DNA of 64,000 nt. It comes from the human T2T-CHM13v2.0 reference genome, Homo sapiens. The DNA is taken from assembly GCF_009914755.1 (NCBI RefSeq), contig NC_060928.1. The stretch is one strand, 5' to 3'. The notes below the pieces were generated by a model. It was not told where the DNA came from. It searched no databases and saw only the letters and a list, made by a program, of their open reading frames with translations. How positions within the stretch are numbered: position 1 is the first letter of the stretch; the number at the start of each line of letters is the position of its first letter. The position numbers and the translations under genes were made by a program. Below, piece after piece: positions 29,009 to 38,301 of this stretch.

Positions 29009-31992
29009 TCACGGGTAGTGTGTCCCGCAGGGACGCCGACCTGCTGGAGCGTCGTGCCAGCATGGGCTCTGGCAGCCACGTGGGCCAGCAGGAGGGTCCC
29101 GCTGCACAGCTGTGGGGTGAGGATAGACTGGGTGGTGATATCGGCCATGACAGGGGCCTCTTCTGCTGGCAAGAGTGTGACAGTAGCAAGTAGATGGACA
29201 GGCCTGCGTGTGAGGACGGAATGCAGGAGGGGCTCTTGTGCGGCTGGGTGTAGGGCCCTCACGGGAACCGTGGAGTAATGGCCAGGTAACTGCGTCATGT
29301 GGACTAGTAGATTGGCCAGAGCTTCGAACTGAAGGACAATAACGGGGAGTAGCTGTCAGGCCCTGGGAGTGTCTGAGTGTAAGTGGATATGGCTTTGGGG
29401 TCACTGAGGGATGCGTGGGAGCCATCCCTGTATAGGTACAGGTCATAGGGAGATAGTCTCATGAGGCCTGTGAGTGTCTAGGGTTGTCCTGGGTGCCTGG
29501 GGCTGACTGTGGCAGATATCTGGGGAAGGTTGGAGAGAAGCTGGGAGACACAGGGGAGTCACTGAAGGCAGGGGGTGAAGAGGTGGAAGAAACGGGGGAG
29601 GTTTGCAGTAAGTTCCGTGAGTTCGTAGGTGATTCCTGGGTGCGGGAAGCTGACTCCAGGTGAAATCTGGAGATGGTTGGAGAGTAGCTGAGAGAGACAG
29701 AAGAGTACCTGAGGGCTGGGGGTGAGAACATGAGGGAGACTGGGGAGTAAGTCAGTGAAATTCGTGAGTTCGGGGGTGTATCGTGGTTGCCTGGAACTGA
29801 CACCAGCTGGAATCTAGAGAAGTTTTGAGAGTAGCTGAAAGAGACACAAGAGTCCCTATGGGCTGAGGGCAAAGACCTGAGAGAAACCAGGGAGGACCTC
29901 AGTGAAGTCTGTGAGTCCGTAGGTGATTCTGGAGTGTGGGAGGCTGACTCCGGCTGAAATCTGAGCGTGGTGGGAGAGTAGCTTGGAGAGACAGGAGAGT
30001 CCCAGGGGGCTGTGGGTGAAGACATGAGAGAGACTGGGGAGTAACTCAGTGAAACTGCTGAGTTTGTAGGTGATACCAGGGTGCCTGGAACTGACTCCCG
30101 CTGAAGTCTGGGCATGGTTGGAGAGTAGCTGGGACCCATAGGAGACTCCCTGAGGGCTGGGGGTGAAGATATGAGAGAGACCGTGGAGTAACTGAGTGAA
30201 ACTGGTGAGTTTGGTGGTGACTCCGCGGTGCCTGGAACTGACTCCAGCTGAAATGTGGGCGTGGTTGGAGAGTAGCTGGGACAGACAGGAGAGTCCCTGA
30301 GGGCTGGAGATAAAGACGTGCTAGAGACTGAGGAGTAACTGAGTGAAATTGGTGAGTTTGGTGGTGATTCCGGGGTGCCTGGACCTGACTCCCTCTGAAG
30401 TGTGGGGGTGGTTGGAGAGTAGCTGGGACACACAGGAGAGTCCTGAGGGTTGGAGATAAAGACGTGCTAGAGACTGAGGAGTAACTGTGTGAAATTGGTG
30501 AGTTTGGTGGTGATTCCGGGGTGCCTGGAACTGACTCCAGCTGCAATGTGGGCGTGGTTGGAGAGTAGCTGGGACAGACGGGAAAGTCCCTGAGGGATGG
30601 TGAAGACATGAGAGAGACTGGGGAGTAACGCAGTGAAATTGGTGAGTTTGGTGGTGATTTCTGGGTGCCTGCAACGGACTCCGGCTGAAGTGTGGGCGTG
30701 TTTGGAGAGTAGCTGGGACAGACAGGCGAGTCCCTGAGGGTTGGAGATAAAGACGTGCTAGAGACTGGGGAGTAACTCAGTGAAAGTGGTGGGCTTGGCG
30801 GTGATCCCTGGGTTCCTGGAACTGACCCGCGCTGAAATGTGGGCGTGGTTGGAGAGTAGCTGGGACAGACTGGAGGGTCCGTAAGGGCTGGGGGTGAAGA
30901 CGTGAGAGAGACTGGCCAGGATCTCATTGAGGTCTGAGAGTTTGTAGGTGTTTCTGGGGTGTGGGGTACAGACTCCCGCTGAAATGTGGGCGTGGTTGGA
31001 GAGTAGCTGGGACAGACAGGAGAGTCATGGGTGGCTGGGGGTGAGCTGCTGGATGATGGCAGTAAGAACATATGGTATGTTAATGATGAATGAGGTGACT
31101 GTGAAGAATCTCCAGAGGAGGACACGGGAGAACACAATGACATGAGTGACTGTCCTGCTTGGTTAGGAAAGGGAAACGTAAAGCTGTGGAATTTTGTTGA
31201 TGATGGATGTGAGAGTGGTGAAGCCCTGCGGGATGATGTAGAGTACTTCCACATCCCTGGTGAGGAGCTGCCCCTGGGGTCTGAGTTTCTGGGAGGGGAG
31301 AGGGAGAAGCTGGGTGAGGCAAGCATGAATCTTGAGGAGTCAGGGCTGGGGGACCGCTCATATTCTCCCGAGACCTGTGAGTCTCTGGGGGACTCCTGGG
31401 TGCATGGGGCTGACTCCTGCTGGAACCTGGGGATGGCTGGAGAGTAACTGGGAGCCACAGGAGAGTCCCTGAGGCCTGGGGGTGAAGAGATGAAAGACAC
31501 AGGGGTGGAGCACCGTGAGGCTCGTGAGTTTGTAGGTGATTCCTGGGTTTGGGGGGCTGACTCCAGCTGAAATCTGGGGTTGTTTGGAGAGTAGCTGGGA
31601 GACACAGGACACCCCCCGAGAGCTGGGGGTGAGCTGCTGGGTGATGGCAGTAAGAACATGTGGTATATTATTGATGAACCTGGGGACTCTGAGGAATCCT
31701 CAGAGGAGGACAGAGGAGAGCCCGATGGCTTCATTGATTGCCCATCACGGTGAGGACAGGGAAATGGGAGCTTGTGGGATTCTGGTGATGACAGAGGCGA
31801 GTGTGGTGAAGCCCTAGGAGATGGTGAATGGTAGCTCCGGATCCCTGGTGAGGAGCTTCCCCTTAAGCCTGAGTTTCTGAGAGGGGAGAAGGAGAAGCTG
31901 GGTGAGGCTCGCATGGACCTTGGGGAGTCCGGGCTGGGGGACCGTTCATAAGAAGAGCCAGACAAGACCCTACTGTTCTTAGGTGCAGACAT
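29009..31992 (-). pseudogene. Copy 4: 1-bp deletion frameshift (~30442), second nonsense (~29459), promoter truncated by the inversion
   Basis: gagagtcctgaggg versus consensus gagagtccctgaggg; ORF split into 648, 324 and 145 aa pieces. Confidence 0.75.
29455..31955 (-). repeat. ACRO1-type array (unit 4)
   Basis: 147/144-bp periodicity. Confidence 0.8.
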
Positions 31993-32344
31993 GATTAGGA
32001 AACCTGCAGCTCCCAGGGGCCCCTACTAATTTTCTAACTCGCAGAAGGAAGGAGTGTGTGTGCGTGTGTGTGAGTGTGTGCGTGTGTGTGCGTGTGTGTG
32101 TGTCTGTGTGTGTGTGGTGTGAGGTATTTGCCCCTTAAGAAAATGGAAATCAACCAACCAATGAGACAGACACACAGACAGACAGACAGACAGACAGACA
32201 GAGATTCACTTGCCCAAGTGTTCTGTCCTGTCCTCTGAATCCGCCTCCAAGTCGCAAGACGCCGTGAGCTCCAAGTCCACGCAGAGTCCGCCAAAGGCTC
32301 TGGCCGCTGATCCCCTCCGCGAAGATCTGAGTACAGGCCAGCCA

Positions 32345-32370
32345 GGGTGGGTTTAACACCGGGTGTTTTC
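32345..32370. other. Inversion junction where unit orientation switches
   Basis: cagggtgggtt-TAA-caccgggtgtt joins the TATA region of a minus unit to the mid-spacer of a plus unit through TAA microhomology (32354-32356). Confidence 0.9.
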
Positions 32371-33204
32371 TACTTCCTTTCGTCCTTCTTTCCTTCCTTC
32401 CTTCCTTCCTTCTTTCCTTCCTTCCTTCCTACCTTCCTTCTTTCCTTCCTTCCTTCCTTCCTCCAATTTCTCTCTTACTCCTTCTGCCCTCTCTCTTTCA
32501 TATGCCTTAGGTGCATCCCACATTCTGCGTTTTTTTGGGGAAATCCTCCACAGGTGCAGGAAAATTGTGTTATTGTAACTATTTACCGCTATCTCTGTTT
32601 CACGGCTCTCCATCAGTTGTGAACATGTATTGGTTTATCGCAAGTCACTAAGCATATTTTTATTAGGTACACATGTTTTTCCTTATACAGCTGTTTCTGG
32701 AGTAGAGGGTCGCATACTCATAAACCCAGTGTAACTCAGAAACGCATCTAATATTCCAATAAACCCATCATAACGTTGAAAAATCTTGAATCAAACCATC
32801 ATAAGTCACGGTTTGTCCGTGGATATGGGTGTCATCAATTCCATTGTATACAGTAATGCTGTACACCATTAACAATGGCAGACTGATTGGGAGTGCATAT
32901 TGATAGCATTATAAAAGTCAGTTATTAGAGGGATACTTCTTTAACCTGACTGAAGCAGTGATCTAATGGCTTTAGTACAGTGCATGATTATGTGAGATGT
33001 TTTGATACAGAGTAGCACATTTGTGAATGAAATTTTATGGCTTTTTTTCACTTAGTAGGAACCATTGTGTGTGGAAAAGTGAGAAAATTCCTTTCTTCTG
33101 TAAGGTCTGGCATTCATTGTAGATTTAAGCTTATTTTTCTGTGAGCAAATCTTATTCAATAAAATACTACTCTTTATACTAAAAAACAAAAACAGTGGTG
33201 ATGT

Positions 33205-33510
33205 GTGGTCATTATCCTCAGCAAACTAATCCAGGGAAAGAAAACCAAACGCCACATTTTCACTTATAATGGGAGCTGAAGAATGAGATCACATGGACAC
33301 AGGAAGGGGAACAACACACACTGGGGCCTTTCGGGAGGCAGAGCATTAAGAAAAACAGCTACTGCATGCTGGGCTTAATACCTAGGTGATGGGTTGACAG
33401 GTGCAGCAAACCACCATGGCACACGTTTACCTTAGTAACAAATCTGCCCATCCTGCACATATACCCAACAACCTAGAATCGAAACGAAACAAAAGAAAAC
33501 GAAAAAGCAG
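33205..33510 (+). mobile_element. L1PA 3'-end fragment (unit 5 spacer)
   Basis: Inverted homologue of 14090-14392. Confidence 0.8.
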
Positions 33511-33684
33511 TAGCAAAACGCTAAAGGCAAAATAAAGTTTCCAACTCAGAAAGTGACAGACCAATGTTTGGTTCAAATCATGGTTCTCAACCCAGGTGCC
33601 ATAAGGTCAGGATAAAGAATTTGATTACATATTGTAAATAAGACATGCAGCAAATGACCAGAAAGATTATTCTCAACATATGTG

Positions 33685-34150
33685 TGTCTTCTAATTCAAT
33701 GGTGACGCTATCTACCGGGACATAGCATTAGATTCCAAAGGGCCGAGTCCCGCCAGGCAGGCCTCCCACACTAGTAACAACGGGAAGCCCTACGTTGTTT
33801 TACCTGTGCTTCTCAGCAACTGGCTATAAATCAGGTTGCCACCACTCCCAGATTTAGTTGCATTCATTTGCTGGAAGAGCTCACGGCACTCAGAGAAACA
33901 CTTACATTTGCCGTTGTATTTTAGCGGACATTGCAAAAAGTTCAGAAATAAATGTGGGGCCCGGCATGTGGGGAGGGGCGCACTACCTTCCAGGAAGTGT
34001 TATCCAGAAGCTCTCTGAACCCAGTCCTTTTGGGTTTTTATGGAGACCTCATTCTATAGGCATGATGGGTTAAACCATAGGCTATTGGTGATCAACTCCA
34101 CCTGAGGCTCTCAACCCTCCCTGGAAATTGGGGTTGAGGCTTTGCCATTC
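33685..34150 (-). mobile_element. MER21-like LTR fragment (unit 5 spacer)
   Basis: Inverted homologue of 13440-13915. Confidence 0.55.
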
Positions 34151-34221
34151 TCAGTCTGACTAAAAGAAGTTACCCAAACGGAATTTTAAAACAGATGAGT
34201 ACAACTGGAATCTTAATTAGA

Positions 34222-34232
34222 TGATTGGATTA
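34222..34232 (-). promoter_or_regulatory. DUX4-type motif TGATTGGATTA (copy 5); also intact at 40520, 46800, 52955 and 58960
   Basis: Exact consensus match at the same position in each unit. Confidence 0.55.
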
Positions 34233-34669
34233 TCTGGAGCCACACCTTGATATTCCGAACCCGAGCACCCTCATCCAACGAATGCTCCACCCAACTGGCT
34301 CCCAAGTCTCCACCTGGTCCCAGAGCAAAAGAATGTTTATACAACGCATATCTCCACCTTTTCTTCAAAGTCTTTTCGCTTACACGGAAAGACTTCTTAA
34401 ACTGCCATGCATCAGGGTCAGGGGGAGGTCTTGTTACAACACAGATCTGTGGATCTCCGGGGTTTGATTGTGGCAAGGATGCTGCTGGCGTCAAAACCAC
34501 AACGTGGGAACCACAGAACCACTAGTTGGTTTTCAGTGTTTCAGTGCATACAATTCCTAATATATCTGGCCAAGAAAACTTGGAAGTTCTTAGATTGTTC
34601 CAAAGGTGGCGCATAAAATCAAAGTAGGAGAACAGTTTCCTACGAGGTGTAGCCTGGGAAAGTTGGGGG

Positions 34670-34765
34670 TGACTGACGGAAAGGAGGAGTGAAGCTCCAC
34701 CCTTTCCGCTGCTAGGTTGCGCCCGAGGCTATTTAAACCCACCCTGGCTGGCCTATACTCAGATC
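34670..34765 (+). promoter_or_regulatory. Candidate core promoter of copy 5: TATTTAAA 34730-34737, Inr +1 at 34761 (equivalents 41025/41056, 47308/47339, 53463/53494, 59461/59492)
   Basis: 31-bp TATA-Inr spacing in each of these copies; in copy 5 there is no ATG between +1 and the ORF start. Confidence 0.6.
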
Positions 34766-35087
34766 TTCGCGGAGCGGATCAGCGGCCGAGCCTTTGGCGG
34801 ACTCTGCGTGGACTTGGAGCTCACGGCGTCTTGCGACTTGGAGGCGGATTCAGAGGACAGGACAGAACACTTGGGCAAGTGAATCTCTGTCTGTCTGTCT
34901 GTCTGTGTGTCTGTCTCATTGGTTGGTTGATTTCCATTTTCTTAAGGGGCACATACCTCACACCGCACACACACAGACACACACACACGCACACACACGC
35001 ACACACTCACACACACGCACACACACTCCTTCCTTCTGCGAGTTAGAAAATTAGTAGGGGCCCCTGGGAGCTGCAGGTTTCCTAATC

Positions 35088-38006
35088 ATGTCTGCACCTA
35101 AGAACAGTAGGGTCTTGTCTGGCTCTTCTTATGAACGGTCCCCCAGCCCGGACTCCCCAAGGTCCATGCGAGCCTCACCCAGCTTCTCCTTCTCCCCTCT
35201 CAGAAACTCAGGCTTAAGGGGAAGCTCCTCACCAGGGATCCGGAGCTACCATTCACCATCCCCTAGGGCTTCACCACACTCACCTCTGTCATCACCAGAA
35301 TCCCACAAGCTCCCATTTCCCTGTCCTCACCGTGATGGGCAATCAATGAAGCCATCGGGCTCTCCTCTGTCCTCCTCTGAGGATTCCTCAGAGTCCCCAG
35401 GTTCATCAATAATATACCACATGTTCTTACTGCCATCACCCAGCAGCTCACCCCCAGCTCTCGGGGGGTGTCCTGTGTCTCCCAGCTACTCTCCAAACAA
35501 CCCCAGATTTCAGCTGGAGTCAGCTGCCCACACCCAGGAATCACCTACAAACTCACGAGCCTCACGGTGCTCCACCCCTGTGTCTTTCATCTCTTCACCC
35601 CCAGGCCTCAGGGACTCTCCTGTGGCTCCCAGTTACTCTCCAGCCATCCCCAGGTTCCTGCAGGAGTCAGCCCCATGCACCCAGGAGTCCCCCAGAGACT
35701 CACAGGTCTCGGGAGAATATGAGCGGTCCCCCAGCCCTGATTCCTCAAGATTCATGCCTGCCTCACCCAGCTTCTCCCTCTCCCCTCTCAGAAACTCAGA
35801 CCCAAGGGGCAACTCCTCACCAGGGATGTGGAAGTACTCTACATCATCCCACAGGGCTTCACCACTCTCACATCCATCATCAACAGAATTCCACAGCTTT
35901 ACGTTTCCCTTTCCTAACCAAGCAGGACAGTCACTCATGTCATTGTGTTCTCCCGTGTCCTCCTCTGGAGATTCTTCACAGTCACCTCATTCATCAATAA
36001 TATACCATATGTTCTTACTGCCATCATCCAGCAGCTCACCCCCAGCCACCCATGACTCTCCTGTCTGTCCCAGCTACTCTCCAACCACGCCCACATTTCA
36101 GCGGCAGTCTGTACCCCACACCCCAGCAACACCTACAAACTCACAGACCTCAGGGAGATCCTGGCCAGTCTCTCTCACGTCTTCACCCCCAGCCCTTACG
36201 GACCCTCCAGTCTGTCCCAGCTACTCTCCAACCACGCCCACATTTCAGCGCGGGTCAGTTCCAGGAAGCCAGGGATCACCGCCAAGCCCACCACATTCAC
36301 TGAGTTACTCCCCAGTCTCTAGCACGTCTTTATCTCCAACCCTCAGGGACTCGCCTGTCTGTCCCAGCTACTCTCCAAACACGCCCACACTTCAGCCGGA
36401 GTCCGTTGCAGGCACCCAGAAATCACCACCAAACTCACCAATTTCACTGCGTTACTCCCCAGTCTCTCTCATGTCTTCACCATCCCTCAAGGACTCTCCC
36501 GTCTGTCCCAGCTACTCTCCAACCACGCCCACATTGCAGCTGGAGTCAGTTCCAGGCACCCCGGAAACACCACCAAACTCACCAGTTTCACTCAGTTACT
36601 CCTCAGTCTCTAGCACGTCTTTATCTCCAACCCTCAGGGACTCTCCTGTGTTTCCCAGCTACTCTCCAACCACGCCCACACTTCAGCGGGAGTCAGTTCC
36701 AGGCACCCAGGAATCACCACGAAACTCACCAATTTCACTCAATTACTCTCCAGTCTCTGTCATGCCTTCACCAGCCCTCAGGGACTCTCCTGTCTGTCCA
36801 AGCTACTCTCCAACCACGCCCACATTTCAGCTGGAGTCAGTTCCAGGCAACCCGGAGTCACCACCAAACTCACCAGTTTCACTCAGTTACTCCCCGGACT
36901 CTCTCATGTCTTCACCCCCAGCCCTCAGGGACTCTCCTGTGTGTCCCAGATACTCTCCAACCATGCCCAGATTTCAGCGGGAGTCAGTTCCAGGCACCCA
37001 GGTATCACCTACAAACTCAGCAGTTTCACTGAGTTACTCCCCAGTCTCTCTCATGTCTTCACCCCCAGCCCCCTGGGACTCTCCTGTCTGTCCCAGCTAC
37101 TCCCGCACCACGCCCAGATTTCAGCGGGAGTCAGCCTCCCACACTCCAGAGTCACCTACGGACTCACAGACTTCACTGAGGTCCTCCCTGGTCTCTCTCA
37201 GGTCTTTGCCCTCAGCCCACAGGGACTCTTGGGTCTCTTTCAGCTACTCTCAAAACTTCTCTAGATTCCAGCTGGAGTCAGTTCCAGGCACCCACGATAC
37301 AACACCGAACTCACGAATTTCACTGACTTACTCCCCAGTCTCCCTCATGTTCTCACCCCCAGCCCTCAGGGACTCTTCTGTCTCTCTCAGCTACTCTCCA
37401 ACCATCTCTAGATTTCACCTGGAGTCAGCTTCCCGCACCCAGGAATCACCTACAAACTCACGGACCTTACTGCAACCCTCCCCCATTTCTTTCACCTCTT
37501 CACCCCCTGCCTTCAGGGACTCTCCTGGGTCTCCCAGCTTCTCTCCAGCCTTCCCCAGATTTCTGCCACAGTCAGCCCCAGGCACCCAGGACAACCCTAG
37601 ACACTCACGGGCCACACGAGACTATCTCCCTATGACCTGTACCTATACAGGGATGGCTCCCATGCATCCCTCAGTGACCCCAAACCCATCTCCACTTACA
37701 CTCAGACACTCCCAGGGCCTGACAGCTACTCCCCGTTATTGTCCTTCAGTTCGAAGCCCTGGCCAATCTACTAGCCCACATGACGCAGTTACCTGGCCAT
37801 TACTCCACGGTTCCCGTGAGGGCCCCACACCCAGCCGCACAAGAGCCGCTCCTGCATTCCGTCCTCACACGCAGGCCTGTCCATCTACTTGCTACTGTCA
37901 CACTCTTGCCAGCAGAAGAGGCCCCCGTCATGGCCGATATCACCACCCAGTCTATCCTCACCCCACAGCTGTGCAGCGGGACCCTCCTGCTGGCCCACGT
38001 GGCTGA
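35088..38006 (+). CDS. Putative CTD-like repeat protein, copy 5 (972 aa; short C-terminal allele ending AGPRG)
   Basis: Intact 2.9 kb ORF; first AUG after the predicted TSS, with A at -3. Confidence 0.55.
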   Translation: MSAPKNSRVLSGSSYERSPSPDSPRSMRASPSFSFSPLRNSGLRGSSSPGIRSYHSPSPRASPHSPLSSPESHKLPFPCPHRDGQSMKPSGSPLSSSEDSSESPGSSIIYHMFLLPSPSSSPPALGGCPVSPSYSPNNPRFQLESAAHTQESPTNSRASRCSTPVSFISSPPGLRDSPVAPSYSPAIPRFLQESAPCTQESPRDSQVSGEYERSPSPDSSRFMPASPSFSLSPLRNSDPRGNSSPGMWKYSTSSHRASPLSHPSSTEFHSFTFPFPNQAGQSLMSLCSPVSSSGDSSQSPHSSIIYHMFLLPSSSSSPPATHDSPVCPSYSPTTPTFQRQSVPHTPATPTNSQTSGRSWPVSLTSSPPALTDPPVCPSYSPTTPTFQRGSVPGSQGSPPSPPHSLSYSPVSSTSLSPTLRDSPVCPSYSPNTPTLQPESVAGTQKSPPNSPISLRYSPVSLMSSPSLKDSPVCPSYSPTTPTLQLESVPGTPETPPNSPVSLSYSSVSSTSLSPTLRDSPVFPSYSPTTPTLQRESVPGTQESPRNSPISLNYSPVSVMPSPALRDSPVCPSYSPTTPTFQLESVPGNPESPPNSPVSLSYSPDSLMSSPPALRDSPVCPRYSPTMPRFQRESVPGTQVSPTNSAVSLSYSPVSLMSSPPAPWDSPVCPSYSRTTPRFQRESASHTPESPTDSQTSLRSSLVSLRSLPSAHRDSWVSFSYSQNFSRFQLESVPGTHDTTPNSRISLTYSPVSLMFSPPALRDSSVSLSYSPTISRFHLESASRTQESPTNSRTLLQPSPISFTSSPPAFRDSPGSPSFSPAFPRFLPQSAPGTQDNPRHSRATRDYLPMTCTYTGMAPMHPSVTPNPSPLTLRHSQGLTATPRYCPSVRSPGQSTSPHDAVTWPLLHGSREGPTPSRTRAAPAFRPHTQACPSTCYCHTLASRRGPRHGRYHHPVYPHPTAVQRDPPAGPRG
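35125..37620 (+). repeat. ACRO1-type array (unit 5)
   Basis: 147/144-bp periodicity. Confidence 0.8.
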
Positions 38007-38295
38007 CAGAGCCCATGCTGGCACGACGCTCCAGCAGGTCGGCGTCCCTGCGGGACACACTACCGGTGACATGGCTAGCATCACCCTCCTTCCTGGCAGT
38101 GACACTGTTGATGTGAACCCCAGTTTCACATCTGTCATTTGGAAATAGGACCATTTTCCCTTTTCGCTCTCCCTTCCATTCACTGGGCTTTTCATTCTCT
38201 CTGTTTCTGCCTCCGTTTCAGATATTCACTCACCTTTTTCTCTCTCACTATGTCTGCCGTGGTCTCCATGAGAGTGCGCCACATAAGATTCCCCC

Positions 38296-38301
38296 ATTAA
38301 A
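38296..38301 (+). terminator. Candidate polyadenylation signal ATTAAA downstream of the ORF, conserved in the units
   Basis: cccccATTAAAagtcatgaattgagtggctttt..tgtggttgt with a GU-rich downstream element; lies in antisense L1M sequence. Confidence 0.35.

Noticed and set aside
36406-38195. Alternative-frame and antisense ORFs recurring in every unit (MQAPRNHH.., MTQLPGHY.., MKSPVNG..)
   Set aside because: Short shadows of the main repeat ORF; recurrence reflects duplication only.
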